Shown piece by piece: positions 1 to 10,025 of a stretch of 64,000 bases of DNA (within the stretch, counting starts at the first letter, position 1; each line of letters opens with the position of its first letter). Below the pieces are notes generated by a model, which made no database searches, was not told the DNA's origin, and was given only the letters and a program-made list of their open reading frames with translations. The DNA is taken from positions 223,442-287,441 of the forward strand of contig CAZSVP010000001.1 of NCBI GenBank assembly GCA_964610335.1, given 5' to 3'. This stretch comes from an uncultured Candidatus Saccharibacteria bacterium (GTDB taxonomy: Bacteria; Patescibacteriota; Saccharimonadia; CAILAD01; BJGX01). Made by a program: the position numbers and the translations under genes.

Positions 1-853
1 TATTCATAGGTATAGTTTGGTCAAAGCTGATCGTAAGATCCTTGTGAGCAACTTGTCTCTTGGACTCAAAATCTTCACGAGAGAAGGCACCGATACTTGC
101 TGCAACTGTCCGCCCACTGGTGTTGTTTAGTAAGTAGTGGTTTAGCAACTCCATTCCCGAAGATGGCGATAACAAAACAGAGTATTCTGCGCTTGGTAGA
201 GTAGCTTTGTTCTCTAGGCGAGTGGCGTATTCACCGACTATTTTAAAGTTGTCGTTCTTGATGGCACTGGAATATTCGACCCCGGACTCATATGTGCCGA
301 GCTCACCATTGTAGTCAGCAAAACAACCGTAGCTGGTGCTACTAGAAGACATATAGACATCCTCAGAGTTGGCAAAAAACTTTTCCATATGTTGCACTTC
401 CACTTGGCCTTCGGTTGATTTCAATTTACTATCTAGGAGTTGTTTTTGAAGCGCGCTTATATCTTCTATTACCTTGTTTGGATGATTCTGGATGATATCA
501 AGCGTTGTCTCGCTCGCGAGTTTGATGGGTTTGAAATCTTTGGGAGGTTGAGCAAGCGGGATAAGCTCATTAACTGCAATGGTGTTAGCAAGTATGTGAT
601 TGGCAGCATCCGTGGGCGATGTGAACATAAATTGGTTAAAGCTACCATAACCCATTTGACCACCTTTGGTGATTGCCAAGTATTTAACTCGCTGGCCAAT
701 ATGATCTTGGATGGGTTGGTAAATGCCCCCGAGCTGATCATTCTGGAAGCCAGCTTTTAGGCTATGCACTGTATTGCTATATAGCTGAAACTCAGCAACT
801 TCTGAATGTTTTGCCAGCTCTGTGCTAAGTTGGGCTATGTAGTCGGATGTCAT
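1..853 (-). CDS. pmbA: PmbA/TldE-like metalloprotease modulator, partial. The N-terminal part is in the window and the gene continues past the window start
   Basis: Not in the ORF track because no stop falls in the window. A minus-strand ATG at 853-851 overlaps the tldD stop (ATGA). A manual translation of the open frame reads protein-like (MTSDYIAQLSTELAKHSEVAEF...GGQMGYGSFNQF...), consistent with the TldD/PmbA family. It is adjacent to tldD, as is usual. Confidence 0.5.
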   Translation of the reverse strand, partial: MTSDYIAQLSTELAKHSEVAEFQLYSNTVHSLKAGFQNDQLGGIYQPIQDHIGQRVKYLAITKGGQMGYGSFNQFMFTSPTDAANHILANTIAVNELIPLAQPPKDFKPIKLASETTLDIIQNHPNKVIEDISALQKQLLDSKLKSTEGQVEVQHMEKFFANSEDVYMSSSSTSYGCFADYNGELGTYESGVEYSSAIKNDNFKIVGEYATRLENKATLPSAEYSVLLSPSSGMELLNHYLLNNTSGRTVAASIGAFSREDFESKRQVAHKDLTISFDQTIPMN

Positions 854-2352
854 GCTATTGTCACCTCATCGGTTGGGGCAAACATAATAAACTCGTTGCC
901 ACCATCACGCACATGAGCCACTTGGTCACTTTTGCCACAGTATCCTCCTGGCTCAAATATGACATCACCAAAACCAGCGGTGATTGATTTGAGCGCTCCC
1001 AGAACGTTGCCCGAAAAAGACACTGGTTGTTTGGGTACAACTTTATCGCGTGTTACTTCGTAGACAAACCCTGTGCCAAACATAAAAGTACCATTGGCTG
1101 GATTAACCATACCTCCAGTCATTTGCTGAAGGTAGTACACAACAGGATGTTCATCCAATATGCCTTCTTTAAGTAGCAATGCTTGTAGGGCAGTCGGGCT
1201 ATTACTATGGTCAAATTCAGTGGTATCAACTTCTTTGGTGTCGCTAACACTCACATAAGTATTGGACATGCGAGGTATGGCAGGGGCCCAGTAACCTTCG
1301 GAGCGCTCGCAGTTCTTGTTTTCTACACCAGTCTTGGAAGCTGTAAATACGTCACTGATTGATTCTCTCAGCACGCCGCGATCGATAATGGTTACAGGTT
1401 GACGCGCATTGCCAAAGGCACCATATGGATGGAAGCCGTGTGTAAGATTTGGCTCATGGTCAATGATGCTAACTATAGGCGAGGCAACTTTATCGCCAGC
1501 TTTGTATCGACCTTGGTTGGTAGTTAGAACACTGTTGTTGGTGACTACAGCATCAGATTCAGCTGGATGACCAAGCGCTTCGTGCGCAATCATACCGACA
1601 AGGTTGCTGTCTAGGACAAGTGGGTAGTGGCCAGCTTTGATGCTATCAGCGGTTATTTGATCTTTAAGTAGTTTGTAAGCATGCTTTAAGTCCTTGGTAT
1701 ATAGATTTATGCCCTTGAACAACTCTGTTGGTGTAGTATCGAAGAAACGAGCAGCTGTCGAGCTGCTAGCTGAATCCTTCTTGAGTGTCATCTGTACCAT
1801 AAGTCGAGTTTTTGGATTACTCCAATCTACATCGGTTCCATCAGATCGAATTATACGCCACTGATCGAGCTCAAAGTTGAACCTAATAAGCGACGTAAGT
1901 GCCTTGTCTATTACTATTAACTCATTGTGAATAACACTCAGTTTTTGATCGAGTTCAACAATATCAATATCAGCAGCATCAAAATGCATGTAGTGTAAGT
2001 CGTCTTGACCTATGTTTGGTTGCTTTGGAAGATCATATATTTCTGCAGCCGTAGCCAATCCGGCTTTGGCATTGGTTTCGGCAATATTTGCTAAGCGGTT
2101 GTACAACTGAGTAACGCTCTCTTCAGATAAGTTATTGGTTGAGCCAAATCCGACATGCCCAGACTTGGTAAACACGTACATACCGCAACCCACATCGATA
2201 TCAGTTCGTGCCTTGTAAATATTGCCGACCTTGTACTCGGCCTCAAAGAAGTCGTGCTGATGAAATCTCAAAACAACATACATACTATCCTGCTTAGCAC
2301 TTTCAAGAATCATGTTGGCAATATTGTCATACTGTTGTAGTAGCTTGCTCAT
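850..2352 (-). CDS. tldD: TldD family zinc metalloprotease
   Basis: 500 aa. Has the HEALGH motif and TldD/PmbA-like C-terminal region (GGYCGKSDQ...FMF). Paired with a pmbA-like gene. Confidence 0.8.
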   Translation of the reverse strand: MSKLLQQYDNIANMILESAKQDSMYVVLRFHQHDFFEAEYKVGNIYKARTDIDVGCGMYVFTKSGHVGFGSTNNLSEESVTQLYNRLANIAETNAKAGLATAAEIYDLPKQPNIGQDDLHYMHFDAADIDIVELDQKLSVIHNELIVIDKALTSLIRFNFELDQWRIIRSDGTDVDWSNPKTRLMVQMTLKKDSASSSTAARFFDTTPTELFKGINLYTKDLKHAYKLLKDQITADSIKAGHYPLVLDSNLVGMIAHEALGHPAESDAVVTNNSVLTTNQGRYKAGDKVASPIVSIIDHEPNLTHGFHPYGAFGNARQPVTIIDRGVLRESISDVFTASKTGVENKNCERSEGYWAPAIPRMSNTYVSVSDTKEVDTTEFDHSNSPTALQALLLKEGILDEHPVVYYLQQMTGGMVNPANGTFMFGTGFVYEVTRDKVVPKQPVSFSGNVLGALKSITAGFGDVIFEPGGYCGKSDQVAHVRDGGNEFIMFAPTDEVTIA

Positions 2353-2419
2353 AGTAGCTCATTATAACCTGGCTACCGTCAATTTCCAACCTGGACAAGC
2401 CAAGCGTATAATAAAGATC

Positions 2420-3829
2420 ATGAAGAAATGGTGGTGGCTGGCGATTGGCGCGACAGCAAGCTTGGTGCTAGTGTTGGCTTTGATTCTGTCATGGTACTTA
2501 TTGGGTCATCGTACCAAACCAGCTGTAGTCGCAAAACCAGTGTTGATACTACGCATCGATGATAGTTTGAGCACCGAGCGGAAAGCTACCATTACCAAGG
2601 TCATAACCGACTATATGGAGCAAAATGGCAAGTTACTGAAACTAGATAATCAAGCAAACGAACCGGATCTGACAATTTGGTCGCAATCAGGTGCGCGCAA
2701 CGAGCAACCGATTGAATTTGCCGACCAACCACAGCCACAGCAGTTAAGTGGGGGCGAGGTAGTTAAAAGTACAAAAACCCCAATTCTTTTTATGTCCTAT
2801 GCTGACTCGGCTTCAGCGAAATCGCTTAGCCAATTCGATGTAGGTCAACTCTCAGCCACTTTGCAAGATCGGCTTAAACATAGTGCCCAATCTTGGACTC
2901 TCAATGCGGTGGGCGACATCATCATCGGTCGTACTGTTTACGAGCAAGAGATGAAGCGGAATGATTTCACAAGCAGTTTTGTCAAGGTGGCAGACTTTTT
3001 GAAAAGTGCTGATCTTACGGTTGCTAACAATGAAAGTACCTTGGCCGATGGTATACCTTACCCGTTGGCTGGCTTGAGCTTCGCAGCACCAGCCCGAGCG
3101 ATTGACGGACATGTATTTGCGGGGATCGATGCAGTGGGGCTAGCTAACAACCATGCCTTCAATGGCGGCGCCGACGCTTTTTTACAAATGATCGATAATT
3201 TTCACAAACGAGGTATCCAGACCTTTGGTGGTGGTGCCAACGACACCGAGGCTCGCAAACCAGCTATTATTGATGTCAAAGGCACCAAGGTAGCGCTATT
3301 GGCCTACGACACCATACCAGGCAATGGTCGGGCTACTGCTACTAGTGCTGGTCAACCATTTATATCTATGGCGCCGTGGGGTCCATTTAGTGAGGCGGAT
3401 GTTGCTCAAATGGAAACGGATATCAAAGCTGCCAAAACTCAAGCCGATGTAGTGTTGCCGTATTATCACTGGAGTGAAGAGTATACTCACCAAGCCAATG
3501 AACAGATGCGCATAGTGGCACACCGTGCGATCGATGCCGGCGCTACTATGGTGATTGGCAGCCATCCGCATTGGGTGCAAGGCATCGAGTGGTACAATGG
3601 CCACCTTATAAGCTATAGCCTAGGTAACTTCGTGTTTGATCAGGAACAAATGCTCAAGACCAAGCAGGGATTGATACTTAGCGCTACATTTAACGGCCCT
3701 AACTTGGTATCAGCCAAATATACTCCTATTCAGATTGAACAGTATTTTCAACCACATTTACTTGAAGGGGCGCCTGCTAGCCAAGTACTTAACGACGTAT
3801 TCACTCATAGCTGGTGGTCAATTAGATAA
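2420..3829 (+). CDS. CapA family (poly-gamma-glutamate synthesis / metallophosphoesterase-like) membrane-anchored protein
   Basis: Start chosen at MKKWWW with an N-terminal TM helix. Carries CapA-like motifs (GNHAFNGG, HWSEEY, GSHPHWVQG). Divergent from tldD. Confidence 0.65.
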   Translation: MKKWWWLAIGATASLVLVLALILSWYLLGHRTKPAVVAKPVLILRIDDSLSTERKATITKVITDYMEQNGKLLKLDNQANEPDLTIWSQSGARNEQPIEFADQPQPQQLSGGEVVKSTKTPILFMSYADSASAKSLSQFDVGQLSATLQDRLKHSAQSWTLNAVGDIIIGRTVYEQEMKRNDFTSSFVKVADFLKSADLTVANNESTLADGIPYPLAGLSFAAPARAIDGHVFAGIDAVGLANNHAFNGGADAFLQMIDNFHKRGIQTFGGGANDTEARKPAIIDVKGTKVALLAYDTIPGNGRATATSAGQPFISMAPWGPFSEADVAQMETDIKAAKTQADVVLPYYHWSEEYTHQANEQMRIVAHRAIDAGATMVIGSHPHWVQGIEWYNGHLISYSLGNFVFDQEQMLKTKQGLILSATFNGPNLVSAKYTPIQIEQYFQPHLLEGAPASQVLNDVFTHSWWSIR

Positions 3830-3853
3830 GCATTAGTAATATGTGATAAAATA

Positions 3854-5386
3854 GTGGCAATGAAGAAAACAGTAAAAAGTAACGTCAGAAAAACTAGTCG
3901 TAAACAATCTAGTAAGATTAAAACATGGCAAGCAGTACTAGCTATTGTGGTAATTGCGAGTGTGGGCATTCTGATAGTTTATCGGAGCTTTGCTAGTACT
4001 GACTTTGTGTATAAAAAAAGCTACAAGAATGTGGATACAAAGGTTTTACAAACCAAAGACACACAACAAGCTATGTCGACTGGAGGTGCTAAGAAAGTTC
4101 CAGTAGTGCAACTGAAATCAGATGGTAAGTTACCAAATCCCAACAAAAATGCAGTCAGTTATCACTTCACTTTGCCGGTTGGGGAGTATAAGCTTTGTCA
4201 GAAGGGGCAAGTCTTAAGTGATACTGCAACGCTTGAGATTGGCTTGCTTGCCAATGGTGCTGATGCCACTGCAGGAACTGATAGTAAGACATTCAATAAG
4301 AATGAGAATATAGCGGAATTGCTCTGCGCAGAATTTAGTATCCCGCTTGATCTGCCTAAGAACGCAGGTGAAGTGGAATACATTGTTAGAGTGCCTCAGG
4401 ATCCTGCTAAGCCAGATGCGATTTCTTATATTAATCTGAGCAGTTTCGATATTTACGTCCAAAATGACATTAATGTAGGTACAGGCACAAGAAATAATGA
4501 ACAGCATATCGGACATACCTGTAATGGCAGTAGGGTTATTAAAGGTCAGATAACTGATCAATTGGGTGGCCCAGTGCCGGCACAAATAGGAATTGATTTT
4601 CACTATCCCGACAACTATACGGGTAGTAAAGAACAGGATACTAGTACTGGTTATGAAAGGCTAGTTTACTTAAACATTACTGACCCCCAAGAGAAGAATA
4701 AAAATTGGTGTGCCAATATTCCGGCAGGGGTAGATAGTGTTTCAATAGAGTCGTATTCGAGAACTGTTTATGATCATGCCGGACAGTTGGTTAACAACGC
4801 ATTAATGTTTGGGGATTCCCAAAACCATAGTATAGACTTACCAAGCACTGGTAATAAAACACAAAATCTAGTTTTACCAAATGTGTGTGGTACTCTGGGT
4901 ATCCCTGATTCGAACAGTACTGGTTCGGTCACGATGGAGAGTGTAAGAATTAACGGCGATCTACAAGACATTACACCTAATCCGAACGATCAGGCAAGTA
5001 ATAAAATATGGAGGAGTGTGGCTTGGTCAAGAAACTTAGATCCTGGTCAGACTATAGCGGGCTTTGGTGGAGTGAATGTTAAACACAAGGGTGAGCAAAA
5101 CGCCAATGTGCTTGATCGGCTTGCTCCTAAACAGAAATATTTAACCAAGTTCTTTGTGATTCGAGGCAACCACCAATATAAATTTGAGATTCCAGGTGTT
5201 TATGTAACAGGATGTGGTGATACACGACTGAGAGTAGCGATTAACGATAGCCAATTCGGCCACTACAACAGTACAGTATCGGGTTTTGCTAATGTGTATT
5301 TACCAGGTGGAGATCCAAACAATCCACAAAAGATTGACTTTTCTTCCATCGTTGAAGAGCCAGCCGAACAACTTATTATTCAGTAG
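3854..5386 (+). CDS. Hypothetical secreted or surface protein with an N-terminal signal anchor
   Basis: 510 aa with an N-terminal K-rich segment and TM helix, then an N/G/T/S-rich body. No recognisable domain. Confidence 0.5.
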   Translation: MAMKKTVKSNVRKTSRKQSSKIKTWQAVLAIVVIASVGILIVYRSFASTDFVYKKSYKNVDTKVLQTKDTQQAMSTGGAKKVPVVQLKSDGKLPNPNKNAVSYHFTLPVGEYKLCQKGQVLSDTATLEIGLLANGADATAGTDSKTFNKNENIAELLCAEFSIPLDLPKNAGEVEYIVRVPQDPAKPDAISYINLSSFDIYVQNDINVGTGTRNNEQHIGHTCNGSRVIKGQITDQLGGPVPAQIGIDFHYPDNYTGSKEQDTSTGYERLVYLNITDPQEKNKNWCANIPAGVDSVSIESYSRTVYDHAGQLVNNALMFGDSQNHSIDLPSTGNKTQNLVLPNVCGTLGIPDSNSTGSVTMESVRINGDLQDITPNPNDQASNKIWRSVAWSRNLDPGQTIAGFGGVNVKHKGEQNANVLDRLAPKQKYLTKFFVIRGNHQYKFEIPGVYVTGCGDTRLRVAINDSQFGHYNSTVSGFANVYLPGGDPNNPQKIDFSSIVEEPAEQLIIQ

Positions 5387-5424
5387 ACACCTGTTTTAGA
5401 TTAGTTTTGTAATACAATTGAGCC

Positions 5425-5838
5425 ATGGAAGATCACGCGGTACTGGTAATACAGCAAAGCGGTAAGTGTTTGTTTGTACAGCGCTCCATGCAAAAGAAAC
5501 ATTTGCCAGGAGCTTGGGCGTTTGCCTCTGGCACTGTTGAGGATGGAGAATCATTGGAAGATACTGCTAAACGTGAGGCAGTTGAAGAATTTGGGGTGCA
5601 AGTACGTCCGGTGCGAGTATTTGCGAAGTACGAGCTCGAAGATGTGTCTATCCGTCTACACTTCGTACTATGCGAACTCGTGAGTGGCGAACCGGAAGTG
5701 AAGGATCCAGCTGAAGCGGAACAGCTGGCCTGGTTGAGCATGAAAGATTTATTTGCCAAGTACCCAGACGATCAGATTGGACATGGTCTGCGCTGGCTGC
5801 GTGCTAATCCGGCTGTTTGGCAAAGTATAGGTTTATAA
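5425..5838 (+). CDS. NUDIX hydrolase
   Basis: Nudix box GTVEDGESLEDTAKREAVEEFGV. Confidence 0.8.
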   Translation: MEDHAVLVIQQSGKCLFVQRSMQKKHLPGAWAFASGTVEDGESLEDTAKREAVEEFGVQVRPVRVFAKYELEDVSIRLHFVLCELVSGEPEVKDPAEAEQLAWLSMKDLFAKYPDDQIGHGLRWLRANPAVWQSIGL

Positions 5839-5839
5839 A

Positions 5840-5895
5840 AACACGATGACCGGCGTGGAGGCTCCCGAAGAAGCTCCCACACCGGCCTGGTCATC
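5840..5895 (+). terminator. Imperfect GC-rich stem-loop immediately after the NUDIX stop
   Basis: acgatgaccggcgtgg...ccacaccggcctggtcatcgt inverted repeat. Confidence 0.4.
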
Positions 5896-5899
5896 GTGA

Positions 5900-6181
5900 C
5901 TACTCGTCCTCTTCGCGCCCCCAGAGGAGCAGACCGACGTCGGCCGAAACCGAGCACCGATGTAGAGGAAGAGTATGAACATCGCGAAGATCCAGAGCCC
6001 AGTCAACCAGCCAGTATCCAAACGAGGTATGGCTACACAGCCAGCAACAGGTAAGACGGGCGTCCACGAACTCCACGACCCCAGCTACAGCCTCAGCCCA
6101 CCAAGGGACGTAGGCCACAGAGAGCTCGTATGAGTACGGCTCATCACCTTCGTGATGTTGATGTACAGACCACGTACGCAT
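5900..6181 (-). CDS. Small Trp/Cys-rich hypothetical ORF in a high-GC islet. Coding status uncertain
   Basis: 93-aa ORF downstream of the FMN reductase on the same strand. GC-rich, with a gaaagg-like RBS. Overlaps an alternative 62-aa TTG ORF at 5833..6021, so the frame assignment is uncertain. Confidence 0.25.
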   Translation of the reverse strand: MRTWSVHQHHEGDEPYSYELSVAYVPWWAEAVAGVVEFVDARLTCCWLCSHTSFGYWLVDWALDLRDVHTLPLHRCSVSADVGLLLWGREEDE

Positions 6182-6296
6182 GTTGGTGCCTTTCAGGCCG
6201 CCCTCCGGGGTGGAGGGCTAGAGCCTCTCAGGCGCGCCGTTCGATCCCATCTCGTCTCCTTTCGGTAGACAGTACGATGACAGCTAGATATTATTC

Positions 6297-6851
6297 CTAC
6301 AAACTGAGGTTGTCAACCAAGCTGTCGAGATCGCGCACCATGCCGGCTACCATGTCTGCCAAGTAAGTAGCTTCAGTCTTACCCATCTGATCAATCACAT
6401 CTTGAGCCTTGCCGATACTAATGGCTGTTGATAGTGAATGCATACCTAGGTGATTTACCACTGGGAGTAGATGTTCGATCACGCGAGCGCCACCGACTGG
6501 GCCGGTAGAATAACTTACAAACCCAACTGGTTTGTTGTACCACTCAGGGTATAGCCAATCCAGCCCATTCTTGAGTGCGGCAGGGTAGCCATGGTTGTAC
6601 TCGGCCGTAACTATGATGTAAGCATTACAGCTAGATACAGCTTCCGACCATTTTGTCACTTCGTCGTGGTTGTATTTCCGCTCGGCATTGTGTGGCTCAA
6701 CAGCCATATCAAGCAGGGGCAAGTCGTAGTCTTTGATATCAAGCACGGTATACTCGGTCTGTAGATTACCAAGCTCAGTAATCAACCATTGTGTTACTCG
6801 GTCAGCCAATCGCCCCTCACGCACACTTCCTACTATTATTCCTAAATTCAT
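6297..6851 (-). CDS. NADPH-dependent FMN reductase (flavodoxin-like fold)
   Basis: Start at MNLGIIVGSVREGR with a GGGAG RBS. Typical FMN_red family N-terminus. Confidence 0.75.
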   Translation of the reverse strand: MNLGIIVGSVREGRLADRVTQWLITELGNLQTEYTVLDIKDYDLPLLDMAVEPHNAERKYNHDEVTKWSEAVSSCNAYIIVTAEYNHGYPAALKNGLDWLYPEWYNKPVGFVSYSTGPVGGARVIEHLLPVVNHLGMHSLSTAISIGKAQDVIDQMGKTEATYLADMVAGMVRDLDSLVDNLSL

Positions 6852-6862
6852 ACTTACTCCCG

Positions 6863-7258
6863 TTAATTTGTAAATATTGTTCGAACCCATGCAATTGCAA
6901 ATAGTATGAACATAGGGCCGTGAACAATGACTCCTAGCCAGCTAATAAGCCCTTGCAATGCTGCCACTGTGAGAAACACTGCCAAGAAACCATGAAAGAA
7001 TGTGAGTGTTGCAATCGGGACTAACCACTTCTGATCGCGGCCAACTTTGCCGTACTCTATCACAGAGTAACCGCTAAGTAATGCCATACTAAGTGCCATT
7101 ACACCGACAATTCGAAACAGTATGGCTGGCTCCTGTGTATGCACAAGTGTTTGAAACATGCTCGGAGCTATTAGCAGTAGTGAGCCGAGTACTAGCTGTA
7201 CTGCAGTGTTGAGGTTTAGTGCATAGTATTCGTACTTATGGCTAAGCTGCATAAGCAT
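6863..7258 (-). CDS. Hypothetical integral membrane protein (4 TM)
   Basis: 131 aa and hydrophobic. Confidence 0.5.
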   Translation of the reverse strand: MLMQLSHKYEYYALNLNTAVQLVLGSLLLIAPSMFQTLVHTQEPAILFRIVGVMALSMALLSGYSVIEYGKVGRDQKWLVPIATLTFFHGFLAVFLTVAALQGLISWLGVIVHGPMFILFAIAWVRTIFTN

Positions 7259-7302
7259 ATTGTAGCATTATTGGTGGTGTTATAAGTGATACAATGTAGC
7301 CA

Positions 7303-7776
7303 ATGGATACCATCAAGCCGGTAATTGTAATAATCTTGGGCATAGTTCTTCTTGTGGTGTTACTTGGTATGCTCTACGGTACGTTTGTAACTTGGCGCGT
7401 GGAACATGCTAGCCAGCAGGCTGAGTTCCGAGCTGGCACACTACCAACTGAACTTCCGGATGGGGCATATGATGGTACTAGCCCGGATTTGGAACGCCGT
7501 AGTTGGCATGGCAAAAGTTTTGATAGGGCCAAATCAAGTGGCCTGAATCGGATAGGAAACGAAGAGAAATACCCATTTGTTATGAGTTTTGGCAGTGGTT
7601 TGCGAGATCCAATCAAAGTAATTACTATCGACTACAATCTGCCAGAAAATCCATGGTGGTTACGGCTTGTTACAGATGAAATCGTTCAAACAAGCCCAGA
7701 TCAATTTTTGGGTAAAGTTCATGTGCACATATTAGGTTTAACCTTTTCGATCGGATACTTCGAACTACAAAAATAG
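7303..7776 (+). CDS. Hypothetical membrane-anchored protein
   Basis: 157 aa with an N-terminal TM helix. Confidence 0.5.
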   Translation: MDTIKPVIVIILGIVLLVVLLGMLYGTFVTWRVEHASQQAEFRAGTLPTELPDGAYDGTSPDLERRSWHGKSFDRAKSSGLNRIGNEEKYPFVMSFGSGLRDPIKVITIDYNLPENPWWLRLVTDEIVQTSPDQFLGKVHVHILGLTFSIGYFELQK

Positions 7777-7777
7777 C

Positions 7778-8161
7778 TTACTTTTTCTTGAGGTCAAGGG
7801 CACAAGAGTTGATACAATATCGTTTTCCAGTTGTTTCGGCTGGTCCATCCTCAAACATATGGCCAAGGTGAGCACCACAATTGCTGCATACTACCTCTGT
7901 ACGCTCCATACCATGACTATGGTCGATAACCAATTTGGTTGAGCCAGGAATCGCCTGATCAAAGCTAGGCCATCCAGTATCACTATCAAACTTGGTACCA
8001 CTCTCAAAGAGCTTTTGGCCGCATACGGTACAGTGGTAACTCCCATCGGCATGCTCATTTACATATTTGCCCGTAAAAGCTGGCTCAGTGCCTTTCTCTT
8101 GAGTAACTTCGTATGTCATCGAGTCGAGCTTTTGTTTTAGTTCGTTCTTGTCTACTTTCAT
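7778..8161 (-). CDS. msrB: Peptide methionine (R)-S-oxide reductase MsrB
   Basis: Two CxxC pairs and the CGAHLGHMFEDG active-site motif. Confidence 0.85.
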   Translation of the reverse strand: MKVDKNELKQKLDSMTYEVTQEKGTEPAFTGKYVNEHADGSYHCTVCGQKLFESGTKFDSDTGWPSFDQAIPGSTKLVIDHSHGMERTEVVCSNCGAHLGHMFEDGPAETTGKRYCINSCALDLKKK

Positions 8162-8170
8162 AATTATCTC

Positions 8171-9205
8171 CTAGTTTAAAGCTTCATTTATGTGTGCAGC
8201 AATTTTTTTGGCTTGACGTTGGCCTAGGGCATGGGTCTCTCCGGGGAGTAACTCCAGTCTTACTCGTTGGCGCATTACCTGACTGAGCTGTTGTTTGTAG
8301 AGCTTCATTATTGCTTCTGGGTTACTGATGCGGCTTTCTGTACCGTATATCAGTGTTATTTTGAGTCGTTCTTGGCTACCAAGCGCCATCATCATATCGT
8401 CTGCTAGATTACCCTTGGCCATTGCCCGGGTATAACTAAGGAAGTTGGTATCAAAGCCTTGACGGGCTAGTGATGCAAAGAATTTGATAGTATCTACAAT
8501 TGTGTCATTTTCTGTGTATCTAGGGTCGTGAGAAAGCTCGTTGTAACGCATCAGGTTTGGGTTCTCTCCCACAAAGTCCTTTGTTAGCCGAGCTAAGCTA
8601 CGATCCTCCATACCTGGTGGATCGATTAGTATAAGTGAATCTATATCTATGCCGTATCTGCTTGCATTGGCAGCGAGGCTTGCAGCTATGCGAGCTCCCA
8701 TGGAGGTACCCTCCAGACTAGCTCGATTTATTCCTTGTGTTTTTAGGGCTGATAACAAGGGGTTGGCAAGTGCTTCGAAACCACTGCCATGCTTCAACTC
8801 CTCGCGCTGCTCTTTTGAAAGTTTGTCACCGAATGCGCTAGTATTGGGGTTGTTTATTATCCACATCGGTCGGCCGGTCTGAATAGCAGTTTGTTCGGCC
8901 TCGTAGTTTGTACCTTCATGTTGGGTATTGATGCTCCAAGCTAGAGTCATAATAACGGGGTCGCCCTCCGCATCTCGATTGAGATGGAGGACCTCAAAAC
9001 TTTGACCTGTTTCAGGATCGGTTATAAGCATGGTATCTTCTAACTCGCGTTGCAGCTCAGCAGACGGTATCAACTCTTCGGCTGGTTTGAGATCAGTTTC
9101 AACTCCAGGCCTAAGCTGAAAATCGGGATTATTTCCGGTTATATTCAGGTTAAACTGTGCAATTGGATTTTGATCCATCGGAGTGTTTGGCTGCTTCTCA
9201 GACAT
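8171..9205 (-). CDS. Alpha/beta hydrolase family protein
   Basis: GTSMG nucleophile elbow. 344 aa. Confidence 0.6.
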   Translation of the reverse strand: MSEKQPNTPMDQNPIAQFNLNITGNNPDFQLRPGVETDLKPAEELIPSAELQRELEDTMLITDPETGQSFEVLHLNRDAEGDPVIMTLAWSINTQHEGTNYEAEQTAIQTGRPMWIINNPNTSAFGDKLSKEQREELKHGSGFEALANPLLSALKTQGINRASLEGTSMGARIAASLAANASRYGIDIDSLILIDPPGMEDRSLARLTKDFVGENPNLMRYNELSHDPRYTENDTIVDTIKFFASLARQGFDTNFLSYTRAMAKGNLADDMMMALGSQERLKITLIYGTESRISNPEAIMKLYKQQLSQVMRQRVRLELLPGETHALGQRQAKKIAAHINEALN

Positions 9206-9239
9206 AAGCATATTGTATCACGTGTGATATGATTGTCAG

Positions 9240-10025
9240 ATGGAGAAGGAGAGGGTTAGAACTCGTGTAGATAATCAAGAAGACGATGCTATTGATGCTG
9301 GTATGCGCAAGCGGTTGCGACAATTGCGTGCCGTAATGTTGGCCACTGGCATTACGCTTAGTGGTATGGCTTATCGAGAGGCACAGAGTTCTGCACAGCC
9401 TCCACCTAAGGTCAATGTAGCTTCGGCAAATGTTGTACATCGACCAGCTGAAGTAGCTACTCCAATGCCAAATCAATCAGAGTCGGAGCACAATGCCACG
9501 TCTGCAGTTGAGCCGATGGGTTGGCTGCCGGAGGAAGTAGTGCAAGAATGGCCTTTGATAGAGAAGTACGCTATACAGAACGACATTGATCCCAGGTTTT
9601 TGGCTGTTGTGATTACTGAAGAATCATTGGGACAGAATCTTCAAAATCCAAGTGGGGCATCAGGCCCAGCGCAAGTAATGCAATCAACAGCAGACGGACT
9701 AGCCACTTACTATAAAAGTGATCATCAGATTGACACAACAACTGTGGAAGGCAGTATCGAGGCTGGCGCGCTGGCCATGCGCTACATAAAAGAGCGGTAT
9801 CTGGACAAACTACCAATAGAGCCATACTCGAATGAATGGATCTACCTTATGACAATAGGGTATGGCGATGGTGAACCCGCGCTACTAAACTATTTTGCTC
9901 ACGGCACCCTAAGTCAGCAAGCTCAAAACGTAGCCCCAATCTGGATAAACATGTGGAATGAACGAAATCATAATACAAGCGTCACGCTACAAAACTCGCG
10001 AGGTATAAGACTAAATGACCAGTAA
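9240..10025 (+). CDS. Lytic transglycosylase (SLT domain) protein
   Basis: SLT-like motif EES..N.SGASGPAQVMQST. N-terminal basic region and TM helix. Confidence 0.6.
   Translation: MEKERVRTRVDNQEDDAIDAGMRKRLRQLRAVMLATGITLSGMAYREAQSSAQPPPKVNVASANVVHRPAEVATPMPNQSESEHNATSAVEPMGWLPEEVVQEWPLIEKYAIQNDIDPRFLAVVITEESLGQNLQNPSGASGPAQVMQSTADGLATYYKSDHQIDTTTVEGSIEAGALAMRYIKERYLDKLPIEPYSNEWIYLMTIGYGDGEPALLNYFAHGTLSQQAQNVAPIWINMWNERNHNTSVTLQNSRGIRLNDQ

Noticed and set aside
440-760. Track ORFs 440-760 (+) and 469-741 (-)
   Set aside because: They lie inside the open minus-strand pmbA-like frame, which reaches the window edge. They are treated as shadow ORFs
5833-6021. 62-aa TTG-start minus-strand ORF with a TM helix in the 5.84-6.29 kb GC-rich segment
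   Set aside because: It overlaps the 93-aa ORF 5900-6181 in another frame, lacks a ribosome binding site, and cannot be distinguished by eye from a chance ORF. Only the 93-aa ORF is reported, at low confidence
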